64,000 nucleotides of DNA, from positions 64,001-128,000 of the forward strand of contig JBGUGD010000025.1 of NCBI GenBank assembly GCA_041697335.1. Reading direction: 5' to 3'. The position numbers and the translations under genes were made by a program. Shown piece after piece: positions 9,720 to 20,100 of this stretch. The stretch is from Vampirovibrionaceae bacterium NZW_1234 (lineage in GTDB: Bacteria; Cyanobacteriota; Vampirovibrionia; Vampirovibrionales; JAGQHJ01). The first letter of the stretch is position 1, and every line of letters begins with the position of its first letter. The notes below the pieces were generated by a model. The model made no database searches and had not been told where the DNA came from. It saw only the letters and a list, made by a program, of their open reading frames with translations.

Positions 9720-10514
9720 ATGCCCCACGTCGCTTTACGTTTTTCTGCCCATTTTATTCAAACCACGGCCCGAGGCCTGAAACTGAAGCCGGAGGATGAA
9801 AAGCTTTGGCATGACACCGAGTTTTTCAGTCCGGGGTCATTTTACCGGCATCTTGGCGATCTGCGGGAGGACATGCCTGCCGGGACATCGATTTTCTCCA
9901 ATGCCTGCTCCACCGGGGAAGAGCCGCTGTCGGTGGCCATGATGCTGGTGGATCGCTTTGGCCCGGAAAAGGCAAAAGAAACGACCATTCATGCCATGGA
10001 CATTGGTGAGCAGGCCGTCCGCCAGGCTCAGAGTGACACGGTCTATGTCAACCACCAGGAGCGCCTGAATAGCCGAGACTGTTTATCCGGGGATATTGCA
10101 GACTTCCTGGATCCGATTGAACAGCAAGAGGATGCCTCTCGTCCCATATTACAGTCCAACAAACCGGCACAACCCCACCGCCTGAAGCCATGGTTTCGAG
10201 ATATACTGCGCAGTGGGCTGCTTCAGGTCAAACGCGGCGATGTGCGAACGGATTTGGCTCCCCCGTCGGATCAACCGGCCATTGTCCTGTTTCGCAATGC
10301 ATGGCACTACCTCAAGGACAAAGAGCGCACGGATCTGATTGGCAAGCTCTTTCAAACATTGAAATCCGGCAGCGTCATCGGGGTCGGCCATCTGGAACAG
10401 CAACGTTCCGGCGAATACGCCACCAAGACACGCCAAAGCACCGTGGAGTTGCTGGAGCGCGGTGGCTTTAAACCGATGACCAAAAAGAACCCGGTCTTCT
10501 TTGTAAAACCCTAG
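9720..10514 (+). CDS. CheR-like SAM-dependent methyltransferase (catalytic domain only)
   Basis: TEFF, ACSTGEEPLSVAM, IHAMDI, LFRNAWHYL, LKSGSVIGVG match CheR motifs; the N-terminal helical domain is replaced by a short leader. Confidence 0.8.
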   Translation: MPHVALRFSAHFIQTTARGLKLKPEDEKLWHDTEFFSPGSFYRHLGDLREDMPAGTSIFSNACSTGEEPLSVAMMLVDRFGPEKAKETTIHAMDIGEQAVRQAQSDTVYVNHQERLNSRDCLSGDIADFLDPIEQQEDASRPILQSNKPAQPHRLKPWFRDILRSGLLQVKRGDVRTDLAPPSDQPAIVLFRNAWHYLKDKERTDLIGKLFQTLKSGSVIGVGHLEQQRSGEYATKTRQSTVELLERGGFKPMTKKNPVFFVKP

Positions 10515-10547
10515 AAGAGACGATTCACATCCGAGTTCTATTAGTTT

Positions 10548-10913
10548 TTATTTCTGTTGCGATGGCGCCGATTTGGACGGATCCTCGGGAGCCGTTATTG
10601 CCGGAGTGTTTTCCGGTTTGCCTGAGCACCCGGCCGACCGCAATGCCGCCCAAAGGGCGCCCCCAATGGCGGTCGAGGTAATGAGCCCTTTGACCGTAAA
10701 GAACAGAATGGCCCAGGGACCGTATTTCTTGAGTCGCTGCTTCCACCGTGAAGGTTGTTGGGTGGCTTCAGTTGGTGCTTGGGGTGAAGCTGCAGCAGGC
10801 GGCGTGGATTCCGGCTGAGGACCTTGTGGGGCCGGGTCATGCCCAAATCGGGTGGTTCGTGAACACCCATAGCCTATGCCAACGGAGGATGATAGTGTCG
10901 AAACATTTATCAT
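10548..10913 (-). CDS. Small membrane protein with RFG leader
   Basis: AGGAGG SD overlapping the upstream stop; MINVS...TTRFG; basic/hydrophobic segment RWKQRLKKYGPWAILFFTVKGLI. Confidence 0.7.
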   Translation of the reverse strand: MINVSTLSSSVGIGYGCSRTTRFGHDPAPQGPQPESTPPAAASPQAPTEATQQPSRWKQRLKKYGPWAILFFTVKGLITSTAIGGALWAALRSAGCSGKPENTPAITAPEDPSKSAPSQQK

Positions 10914-10920
10914 GACGGGT

Positions 10921-11388
10921 TTAGCCTCCTTGGGTATGCTTCTTGGCCATTTCAACAATGACCACCCGAATGGAATCCAGGCGGTTTTTGGCCTCGTCCT
11001 GGGACATATTCTTATGCTCGGCATCCAGACGGTACGGACGCCCTTTGAAGGGAATCCACTGCACGAATTTGGGGATTTTACCCGCCGCTACCAGCAGTTG
11101 CCGGAGTTCTTTCACAAAGGTATCCAGCCCTTTGAACAGGGGTTGAAATTCGCCCTTGGTCAGAAAGATCGAAAGCTGATCGTGTAACGCCAGTCGCCGA
11201 TGCTTTTTATTGGGTTCCTTGCGCCGCAGTTGATCGATAAAGAAAAAGGCATCGGTATTCAGCTTGTCAACCAGGACGTGCTTCTCCAGAAATTGCGTAT
11301 AAAACGCCTTGTATTCCTCCGTTGCAATGCCAAACCGAGGGCGGACGTTCCGAACCGGAGCCGGATCCAGTGTTGCTCGCATCGCCAT
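10921..11388 (-). CDS. Hypothetical protein with RPRFG leader
   Basis: GGAGAGG SD; translationally coupled to the next gene. Confidence 0.7.
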   Translation of the reverse strand: MAMRATLDPAPVRNVRPRFGIATEEYKAFYTQFLEKHVLVDKLNTDAFFFIDQLRRKEPNKKHRRLALHDQLSIFLTKGEFQPLFKGLDTFVKELRQLLVAAGKIPKFVQWIPFKGRPYRLDAEHKNMSQDEAKNRLDSIRVVIVEMAKKHTQGG

Positions 11389-11627
11389 AAGTCACCTCTC
11401 CTAACCTACTTTTATTACCGAGAAAGACTCTAGATCAAACACACGTGGAAGTCGACCGAGGAGTTTTTATGATGCAATATCGGGCGATTTAATTATTTTT
11501 TCTGAGAGATCATGAAAAACATGGTCTATTTCTTAAGCTGACTTATTTAAATCTTAAGCGTATTTAAAAATCAAAAGCCCAGGTTTTTATCCTAGAAATG
11601 GCTGGACAGTACATTGGAGGGAAAGTT

Positions 11628-13481
11628 ATGGGCTGGTTTACGCATGGGTTCACAGGTTTGTCTGGAAATCAAGAACTGTGGGGCAACATAGCCACAAGCC
11701 GTGGGGAAGCCGACAAGAAAAAAAAGAAAGATAATACCTATTCGGCACGTCAGGACTATAAAAGCAATTCGGCCGTCAAATTATTGGAGTTGGATCACGA
11801 CATTGAAAAGTTGGCGCAGGCGTTGACGCAAAAAAAAGCATCCCAACAATCCATTGCCGAAGACTTTAATAAGACCGGTAAATTGCCGGAAGAAGTCAGA
11901 TGGGACGTTTTACGCGAGATTCTCAATGATCCGCAGGTCAAGGCGAAAACCGACGCGATGATGAAATTGGAATCGGAACTGGACACCAGTAATCAAGAAA
12001 AATTTACCGCCACATACCAAGCCGAGCTATGGGAAAAATTGGTGAAAGAAAAAAAGGATCAGCCCTTAGACCAGATTTTAAAGGGGTTTCTGGAAGAAAA
12101 ACGACAAATACAAGCGGAAGCGCCCAAGCGGCGAGAAGCCCTGGAGTTGGCTAACGTGAATTACGCCAAGGCACAGAAAGAATTTGAAGCCGCCCGAAAT
12201 GCCATCCCTGGAGACGAATGGTTCAATAACCCCGAGCGTGCGCGTGAAAAAATAAAGCCTCAGTCTGAGAAGTTAAGTGAGGCCACACGGGATCGGACTA
12301 TGGCGCAACGTGCAGTCATTGGTTCTGGGCTAAGAAAGACAGCCATTGAACGTGTGGAAAAAGAGTTTGCCGGTCGGGTTCTAAATGCTCCTGCCGACCA
12401 GAAACGTGAGCGTATTCAAGCTGTGCAAGACGGTTTTGCTTTAGAAATAGAACAAAAAGAGAAACAAACGCAGAAGATCTCTGACGCCCTTCAAGCCCAA
12501 TATAAAGCGTTTGACGAGTTCCAGGCTCAACGCATGAAAATTATTCGTAAATTGGATAAAAATGAAGCGCTGACACCGGAGGAACGAGCTTTTACAAAGC
12601 CATTTCTGGAATCGTATTTCCCCAAAAATATACAGGGGTTAGAAAAAGAAAAGCGATTTTTGACCGAGGCCAAGGGCTGGGTCAAAGACGGCAAAATCAA
12701 CGATTTACGCTTAAATGCCGATAAGCCCAAACAAGCCTGGCCGAAGAATTTTGCCGTGGCGACGGCCACCGGCCAGCGTCATATGGCTTGGGGAGGTTTA
12801 TATATGGATTCGGTTTTCAACCATTTGAAAACGGAAAAGAGTCTTCCGGCTGCCATTCGAAAAACAGAGCAGGCCAATAGTATCATCCATGATGTTGAAC
12901 GCAACGGCACGCCCCAGGGCAAAGCCTATCAGGTTCCCGTGTCCTCTACACGTCCAATAGAGGGGTGGAAGGTTTTTGGAGAAGAGAAAACACTGCCCCC
13001 GAGAAAGATACTCTATATTCAAGGGGGTACCAATCCCAATGAAGATCCGGCACGATTCAATCGGGAATATGCGGCCTTCGACAGAAATATCCGACATCAC
13101 TTCGGTCCTGCCGTGGAAATCCTTCGAGTCAAAGAACCCACGTTCAAGCAAGTGGATGAGGCAATAGAATTCCTGGCAAAAACCAGCGATGACAAAACCG
13201 AGGTCATGATTTTCATGTCCGGTCATGGCAGTGCTTCAGGCTTAGAGGAAGGGCTCACAGAAGAAGACAAGCTCAAAGAAGGCAGCCAAATCGGTTCATT
13301 TATGCTGAAAGGCCCAAGTAAGGACAACCCCAATGGCGAATTCCTGAGTGAGACTCACCTGAAGCAGCTGACCCAAAAACTGGCTCACTGTAAATCCGGG
13401 TTAATAATGATCGACAGCTGTCACTCCGGGGCCTGGATTGCAAAAGACACACCGAGAAAAACCACTGTACAGCCTACGTAA
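11628..13481 (+). CDS. Coiled-coil protein with C-terminal caspase-like (C14) peptidase, apparently circularly permuted
   Basis: GGAGG SD before ATG 11628; catalytic dyad motifs FMSGHGS and MIDSCHSG; about 350 aa of K/E/Q-rich helical N-terminus. Confidence 0.8.
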   Translation: MGWFTHGFTGLSGNQELWGNIATSRGEADKKKKKDNTYSARQDYKSNSAVKLLELDHDIEKLAQALTQKKASQQSIAEDFNKTGKLPEEVRWDVLREILNDPQVKAKTDAMMKLESELDTSNQEKFTATYQAELWEKLVKEKKDQPLDQILKGFLEEKRQIQAEAPKRREALELANVNYAKAQKEFEAARNAIPGDEWFNNPERAREKIKPQSEKLSEATRDRTMAQRAVIGSGLRKTAIERVEKEFAGRVLNAPADQKRERIQAVQDGFALEIEQKEKQTQKISDALQAQYKAFDEFQAQRMKIIRKLDKNEALTPEERAFTKPFLESYFPKNIQGLEKEKRFLTEAKGWVKDGKINDLRLNADKPKQAWPKNFAVATATGQRHMAWGGLYMDSVFNHLKTEKSLPAAIRKTEQANSIIHDVERNGTPQGKAYQVPVSSTRPIEGWKVFGEEKTLPPRKILYIQGGTNPNEDPARFNREYAAFDRNIRHHFGPAVEILRVKEPTFKQVDEAIEFLAKTSDDKTEVMIFMSGHGSASGLEEGLTEEDKLKEGSQIGSFMLKGPSKDNPNGEFLSETHLKQLTQKLAHCKSGLIMIDSCHSGAWIAKDTPRKTTVQPT

Positions 13482-13502
13482 CCACGTCACGAGGATGTTG
13501 GT

Positions 13503-13829
13503 TTAGGCCGACAATCGATATGCCATTGGAACAGGGCTGGTCCGATCGTATTGTTGTTGGGCTTGTTGTAAGTTGGCTGCAACGCTGTTCTGCTGCACGA
13601 GCAAGCCTTGCAAGATTTGATTGAAAGACTGAAGTCGACTATCAATGCCGAGATTCATCCGGCTATACGGATCGGTGCTTTGACTCAGGGCCAAGAGTCC
13701 GTTGAAGCCGGTACCAATATATTTGCTTGGTTTGCGACACTCCGTAAGTCTTCGAAACATCGAGTTGCATTCATAAAGAAATGTTTCAGCCCGACGTGTT
13801 GATGAGCACACATCCCGATTCAGGAGCAT
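13503..13829 (-). CDS. Possible small Gln-rich protein (true start uncertain, possibly ATG 13658)
   Basis: C-terminal half (MNLGIDSRLQSFNQILQGLLVQQNSVAANLQQAQQQ) looks helical and coding. Confidence 0.4.
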   Translation of the reverse strand: MLLNRDVCSSTRRAETFLYECNSMFRRLTECRKPSKYIGTGFNGLLALSQSTDPYSRMNLGIDSRLQSFNQILQGLLVQQNSVAANLQQAQQQYDRTSPVPMAYRLSA

Positions 13830-13863
13830 TAATCCGGATACCTAAAAATTGGAGAATACTGAG

Positions 13864-14433
13864 ATGACGATTCCTGCCTCCCCTCGATTTGGATACGGCT
13901 TGCTGCAGATCCATCCGTCACAACAGAACTATACATTATTGCAGGTTGTAAACGATCTCAAGACGACCACCGTGGATAATGACGGTTTGTATGTATACGG
14001 TTTTCATAATGATGTGCCTGCCTTGGCGGATGCCCTCAAGGTCAAACCGGATCAATTTAAACATCATCCCCATGGTAACTCCGATTATTATCTGCTCCAG
14101 GTCGATTCGCCTGAAATTCGTAAACAGGTCCAAAAACTAAACGCCGCGGTTGAATCCGGCCAAGAACCCTCGGCCCAGGATGTTCAGACCTTGCTGACGC
14201 TGGCCAAGAAAAAACTCGGCGTGAAGACATCCCTTTTGCCGAGATGGGCACAGCGCATTCTGTCGCCTATAAATGGCCATGGCGCTTCCGAGACTCCACA
14301 ATGGCTACAAAACGTATTTGATTATGCCTCCTGGAAGGCCAAGCCCGAGAAAATGGGACTCAACGATGGGTTTACTGACAAGAAAGGTTGGGAAACCAGC
14401 AATCTGCGCTGTCTCTATCCGGACATGAAATAG
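13864..14433 (+). CDS. Hypothetical protein with PRFG leader
   Basis: GGAG SD before ATG 13864; begins MTIPASPRFG. Confidence 0.7.
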   Translation: MTIPASPRFGYGLLQIHPSQQNYTLLQVVNDLKTTTVDNDGLYVYGFHNDVPALADALKVKPDQFKHHPHGNSDYYLLQVDSPEIRKQVQKLNAAVESGQEPSAQDVQTLLTLAKKKLGVKTSLLPRWAQRILSPINGHGASETPQWLQNVFDYASWKAKPEKMGLNDGFTDKKGWETSNLRCLYPDMK

Positions 14434-14635
14434 TTCCAGCCAATCCGGACAGGGGCAATTGGATTCTCTTTGAAGTACTGCGTTTCTGGACGACCTGATA
14501 ATGTGAGGATCACCGGGTCGTTCATTGCAATATAGATCCCAAGGATCTGATGAGGGTACGTCATGGGATGGCGTCTCTGGTATACTGCTGTCGGCACCGG
14601 GTGTGTCGGTTGCGTCTGTTCGGAGTGTCGTCAAC

Positions 14636-15082
14636 GTGTGCGGTGGTTTTTCCTATCAGCCCAAAGAGGCCAAAACGGGCCACGAAACGCCCAAGAAAAT
14701 CTATTTCCCCATTCCCTATGCCCAGATCCCCATTCTGTCCGGGGACGGCGATATTCGTATGGTGCAATGGGGCAAACGCAAAGGTGAGGATGAGGAATTC
14801 GATGTCCCCCAAACCGGCTGGGCTCGCATCGAGAGCCTGGTCGCCCATAAATGGGACAAATATCATCCCAGTCGTGTTCGTATTCCTGCGTTAAGCTGGA
14901 TGGAGAAAGATCCCGCACGTGACTCCCACTGGTTTGATTTGCAGCCGGATCAGTATCTGCTGGGTGTTAAAATCGAAGTCCCGGAAAAAGCATTTGTGTA
15001 TGTGGTCACGAAACCGGCCACAGAATGGTTTAAGCCCATCCACGATCGGGAACCCATGGTGGTCGGTCCTGAACAATCCTGA
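14636..15082 (+). CDS. SRAP-like (SOS response-associated peptidase/HMCES) protein
   Basis: GTG start after GGAG gives M-C-G-G, matching the SRAP N-terminal Cys; also WG, ARIES, RIPA..WMEK, VVT.PA, IHDREP. Confidence 0.75.
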   Translation: MCGGFSYQPKEAKTGHETPKKIYFPIPYAQIPILSGDGDIRMVQWGKRKGEDEEFDVPQTGWARIESLVAHKWDKYHPSRVRIPALSWMEKDPARDSHWFDLQPDQYLLGVKIEVPEKAFVYVVTKPATEWFKPIHDREPMVVGPEQS

Positions 15083-15324
15083 CACTCCCATGGATTTCAG
15101 ATCAGTTTTTATCGATACACCCCTACTTTTGGGGCCACTTTATCTCGTAAAAAAGCCTGCTGCGCGTATATCGAGAATTAGCATCAAAAGCTCGCCAGCG
15201 AGTTGGGTTTTAGGATGTATATCTTAACCAAATATTAATAAATCTTTAGAAACTATCACAGATATGCTTAATGATTGTTTTTCTATCAATAAGAGAGAGT
15301 TAGAAGTGAAAGAATGTTTTTGTC

Positions 15325-16458
15325 ATGACCATGAATCCGTTATTTTCGTACGGCTCAATGTCTCCCGGTAGCTATGGCTACGGTGGCGGAGGCTATGGTG
15401 TCCCTACCACAGGTTTATTACCCCCCATTGTTTTACCCCCGTCGTTTGCACTAGGCAAACCTACTGGCGTGTCTTACTCTGGTGGCTTTGGCGATCCCTT
15501 CGGGGGAGCTTTCCTGGGTGGATTTACCGGTGGTCTGTTAGGCAGCGGTTTTCCCATCGCGCCCAAACCGGAGCCCTATTATTCCTATCCAACGAAGATG
15601 CCGGGTTACGGTCAACAGTCCCAGACGCAATTCATGCAATTATTCCTGGTACTTCTGTTAACCCAGCTCCTGGGCGGTAAGATTGGTGGGCCAAGACCAG
15701 TGCCCGTACCGACACCAACTCCGGTACCCGTACCCACACCGACCCCGGTTCCCGTACCAACGCCGACTCCGGTCCCGGTACCGACACCGACCCCGGTGCC
15801 TGTACCCACACCCACGCCGGTACCTGTACCTGTGCCGACACCAACTCCAGTGCCCGTACCGACTCCAACGCCGGTACCTGTGCCGGTGCCGACGCCTACT
15901 CCGGTGCCTGTTCCTACTCCCACGCCGGTACCTGTGCCCGTGCCGACCCCAACCCCGGTGCCGACTCCATCTCCAACACCGAGTCCGACACCAACGCCAG
16001 CTCCAACCCCGACACCCGTTCCTACGCCAAGTCCGGTTCCCGTGCCGACGCCCCCGCCACCACCGCCTTATCCAACGCCGGTCCCCGTACCGACACCTCC
16101 GCCGGTGCCGCCGATTCCATCGCCACCGCCATTACCGACGCCGGTCCCTGTGCCGACGCCACCACCGGTGCCGCCGATTCCGTCACCACCACCATTACCA
16201 TCGCCGGTTCCTGTGCCGACGCCTCCGCCGGTGCCCCCGATTCCATCGCCACCGCCGTTACCGACGCCGGTTCCTGTACCGACGCCTCCGCCGGTGCCCC
16301 CGATCCCATCGCCACCGCCATTACCGTCGCCGGTTCCTGTGCCGACGCCGCCACCCATTCCACCGATTCCGTCGCCGCCGCATCCGCACCCACATGTGCC
16401 GATTCCGACGCCGCCCCCGGTACCACCCATTCCATCCCCCCCTCCTTTCCATAAATAA
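15325..16458 (+). CDS. Proline-rich repeat protein (Gly/Tyr-rich N-terminus, one hydrophobic helix, PVPTPT and PSPPP repeats)
   Basis: Repeats vary at third codon positions, indicating selection at the protein level in this frame; terminator-like hairpin follows. Confidence 0.85.
   Translation: MTMNPLFSYGSMSPGSYGYGGGGYGVPTTGLLPPIVLPPSFALGKPTGVSYSGGFGDPFGGAFLGGFTGGLLGSGFPIAPKPEPYYSYPTKMPGYGQQSQTQFMQLFLVLLLTQLLGGKIGGPRPVPVPTPTPVPVPTPTPVPVPTPTPVPVPTPTPVPVPTPTPVPVPVPTPTPVPVPTPTPVPVPVPTPTPVPVPTPTPVPVPVPTPTPVPTPSPTPSPTPTPAPTPTPVPTPSPVPVPTPPPPPPYPTPVPVPTPPPVPPIPSPPPLPTPVPVPTPPPVPPIPSPPPLPSPVPVPTPPPVPPIPSPPPLPTPVPVPTPPPVPPIPSPPPLPSPVPVPTPPPIPPIPSPPHPHPHVPIPTPPPVPPIPSPPPFHK
15694..16445 (+). repeat. 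Coding tandem repeats: PVPVPTPT units, then [20 protein letters not shown][T/S] units
   Basis: Visible in both the DNA and the translation. Confidence 0.9.
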
Positions 16459-16468
16459 AGACAGAATG

Positions 16469-16504
16469 ACGCTGCCAATACCACTTCCGGTACTGGCAGC
16501 GTCT
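16469..16504 (+). terminator. Hairpin after the Pro-rich gene
   Basis: GACGCTGCCA...TGGCAGCGTC followed by TCTGTTT. Confidence 0.6.
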
Positions 16505-16732
16505 CTGTTTAAGGGCAAAGTAAGGATTTAATTCTTTGAGGCAGTACTTCTGACGGACAATATTTTAAGCACTTTCAAATAAAGAAGGTGTAAGCCCGCT
16601 CCGCAATTAAGAACGACCCTGCTCACTAGACTGTCAGTCGGAATACGCAATTTTGACTTTCGGTTCGTGTTTACACGATTACCGATGAAACACTTTTCTT
16701 CGTATTACCAGAACGGAATAAGGAACGCACCC

Positions 16733-17116
16733 ATGCAGCTTAGTCCGCACCATGATGGAACCCGCTTCAGAGGACAGTTTCAACATATTCCCCTTACGGG
16801 CTTTTTCCCGGAGGGCGGGGATCACCCTGGAGAAGTTACGCCACCCGAACGTTTTATCCTACCCAACGGGCAACGTCGCACCACGCGCCAGGAACTGGAC
16901 GACATTCGAGACAGCCTCATGGATGGGGTTAAAGATGGCATGGAATTTCGGATTGAAGTCGATGAGGACGAGAAGACCCGGGAAGTCTGGGCCCGTATAA
17001 CAACCAATCCAGGTAATCCCGCTCCACCCCCTGATTCGCGTGATGTAAATGCATTAGATACCCGACTTGAGCAAGAACTCAAGTCACGTCGGATACCGTT
17101 CAACTACCTTGCCTGA
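16733..17116 (+). CDS. Hypothetical protein with RFRG leader
   Basis: AAGGA SD before ATG 16733; convergent with the giant ORF. Confidence 0.65.
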   Translation: MQLSPHHDGTRFRGQFQHIPLTGFFPEGGDHPGEVTPPERFILPNGQRRTTRQELDDIRDSLMDGVKDGMEFRIEVDEDEKTREVWARITTNPGNPAPPPDSRDVNALDTRLEQELKSRRIPFNYLA

Positions 17117-17125
17117 GGTCCAGAT

Positions 17126-20100
17126 TTATTTCAACTCAACAATGGTGAGATTCAAGTCCATGTATGAGCGGTCGCCGAAGGTTGGCACGTCATTAATGTC
17201 CCAGCCTTTTAAGAAATAACCTTCACCAGCTTTGTGAGGGGCTTGTCCCGTCCCAAAGCCTTTATCCAGGCTAACCCAGCGAACTGCTTTTCCATTGGCA
17301 TCGCGAATGGCAACTGCCTTATGGCCTTTACCTACGCTACGGGTCATCGTTCTATCAATACTCCAGCCTCGAGAAATAAAATAGGGTTCTAAATCCTCGA
17401 GCTTCTTCGGCAAGTGATCTGCAAGTCTGCTTTCCATTTTTGCTTTGGCGGTTGCCAAGTCCGTTCCAGGCTCAAACTCCACAGGCTCATAGGCCGATGG
17501 ATGCTTGGCCTGTTCCATGGCTTTGGAGGCTTTGGCATTGAGATATACTTTATAAATGGGTGGCTTGCCGCCAGGTTGCGGGATTTCGATAAGAATACCG
17601 CCACCGTTACATGTATCCACTACTTTACCTCCTAAAGCCTCGGCCAGCTCTTCTTTTGTATAGTTTTCAGATAATTTGCCAGACTTTTGCAGGTTTTTGT
17701 AAAGCCCTTCAGGCTTTTTCAAAAATTCGATACGCTCCTTGTGCTTTTCGGTAAATTTCTCATACCGTTCATACGCTGTTTTAACCTGTTTGTTAGCCTG
17801 GATTACTTTGGTCTGGAGTGTTTTATCTCCAGGGGTTTTGTTCAGGTCTTCAAGAGCTTTTACTCGTTGCTGCTCGGCATCCTTGATGTCTTTCAGGATA
17901 CTGTTAGCATCCTTCGACAAATCAGCTAAGGCCGGGTCGGTAAGGACCTTCTCTACCGCTGCAGTGCGACCATTCTGAGCCTCTTTGATTTCGGGGATAA
18001 TTTCATCTCGAATCATTTCCAATTCATTTATTCTGTCTGTATTGGGTTTCGGCTTACTTTTTTCGGCTTCAATCAGCTCGTTTAATCGGGAGACGGTAGC
18101 CATTTTTTCCTGAACAATGGCCTCACTTTCCATATATGAATCCCGATAAGCTTTGGCGGCTTGGTCGTATTCCATGTGCGCCTTATCAACCTTACGTTGG
18201 GCTGCTTCAATGGCCTCAAAATCAGTTCCTTCCAAAGCCTTTTCCAAAGCGGCCTCCGCTTCTTGGAGCTCTTTTGCCTTGGATGCCACATCGTTTTGCA
18301 ACTTCGCCGATTCATTCACACGGGCTTGGGCCTTTTCATCCTTCAGCTTAAAGGCCCGATAATGATCGGGAACGTGGCCATTTTCATGAAAGCCGTCATG
18401 AATGCGTACCTTGCCGTTGGCTTCACGAGGCAATTTAATAACAGTTGTCGCTTTTCCAGTAGCATCCACCGTGGTTTCAATCGAGGGGTGCTGTAACCCA
18501 TCAACTGCCTCATATTTTACATTGTCCAAATAACTGTCCGGAATCCCTTCTTTGCGCAACTGGTCTTTGAGCTGGCTTTTTAGAGGTTCCAGCAAGGCCG
18601 GGTCTGTTATTTCGCCGGGCTTGACGTCATGCCACAATTCATCGGCAAGATCTGCCGCTTCCTCATTGGGACGGATTTTATTGGTCGACATCGTTTGAGG
18701 TTCTGAGACGGAAGGCTTGTATCCTTTGGCAGCCGGGTCAACCATGGATACTTGGCGGTTCAGGGCAGGATCCATAATGACCTTGCCATTGGGGGTGTCT
18801 ACTTCCAACCATGTGTGGGGTTTCATCTTACCATCCACCAGGGCTTTACCTTTCACCAGTGTCGACTTGATTCCAGCCTGGTCCAACATGGCTTTGGTCA
18901 ACATGGCTTTGTGATGAGGTGATCCGGATTTTGCGTCCATGAATTCACCCAAGCCTACTTTTTGTCCGGCTTTGGCCTTACCCATTGCATCGGCCTTGGT
19001 GGATTCCGGCATGTACTCGTTTACCTTGTCCATAATGGCTTTGGTCTTCTGAGCGTCCGTTAATGCCGGATTGTTTTTTACGTTTTCCGCATAATCCAGT
19101 GCTTCTTTCACCTTGGGATGATTTGGATCAAAGGTTGTGGTTTCCCGTTCTTTAAGTCGTACGGGAGCATCTTCAAAGCCTTTTTCCAAGGGTGCTTCCA
19201 TGCGTTGTTCCAGCTTGAACAGTTCCGCCTGGCTAGGCTTGGGTGCCCCGTTGGCAATAGCTTTTTGCCGCACCAACTTAGGCAGATGTGCGACCTGTTC
19301 GGGCGTCATCTTGGCAAAGTTCTCTTTGGGCATCTCCATCCAAACTTCCGTTGGAATTTTGGCGACGGCCTCCGGCTTCAGATTGGCAAAGGCTTCGGGT
19401 GAAATTTCCTTGGCCACTTCCGGCGTGAGCTTGCGGGCACTGCCTGGCGTCACGGTTTTGGCGGTTTCCGGTGTCAAGGCTTTGGCCGCCTCTGGTGTCA
19501 ATCGAGGATTTGCCTTGGCATCATACAGCTTGTATCCAAGCTTGCCAGCGCCTTTATAGGTTTTACCCATGCTCTTCGCCAGTCCGGCTCCCATTTTAAT
19601 GTCAATAATGCCGTCGGCCGCCTTGCTGAGAGAACGGTCAAATTTCTCCTGGTCCCCATCCCGGATGGCTTCCAACATGCCAATGATGCCTTCATAAGCT
19701 TCTTCAAGGCCGCTCGATACCAGGTGATGTGCAGTCTTGACACCATGTACCGGGTTTAAGAAGCATTTCAGAATTTCTTTCGCCGTGCCTTCCGGGTCCA
19801 GAATAAACGGCGCGATGACTTTGGTCACAAAGCTCACTGCAATATTCTGGGCGGCTCTCGGAATCTGCTGAAGCTCTTTGGGCATGGGTTGCTGGTTCAG
19901 CCACTCTGTAAAATCATTAGCGCCAAGCATTTCCATCAGTCTCTGAACTTCTGGACTGTTTGTAGCATCCTTTGCTAAATCGCTCAGCCCCAGATCGGCT
20001 GCCCATTTGTCCAGCTTGGCATACATCTCATCCAGGATTTTTTGTTTTTCCGGATCGATTTTTAGCGGCGGTAACATTTCTTCCGGCGGTTTCATGCCCG

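Noticed and set aside
15612..16531. Arg-rich (15683) and Gly/Thr-rich reverse ORFs
   Set aside because: Alternate frames of the Pro repeat gene; synonymous variation supports the Pro frame.
16733..17116. Immunity gene for the giant toxin
   Set aside because: Convergent rather than co-transcribed, and carries the same leader as other orphans; not excluded, but unsupported.
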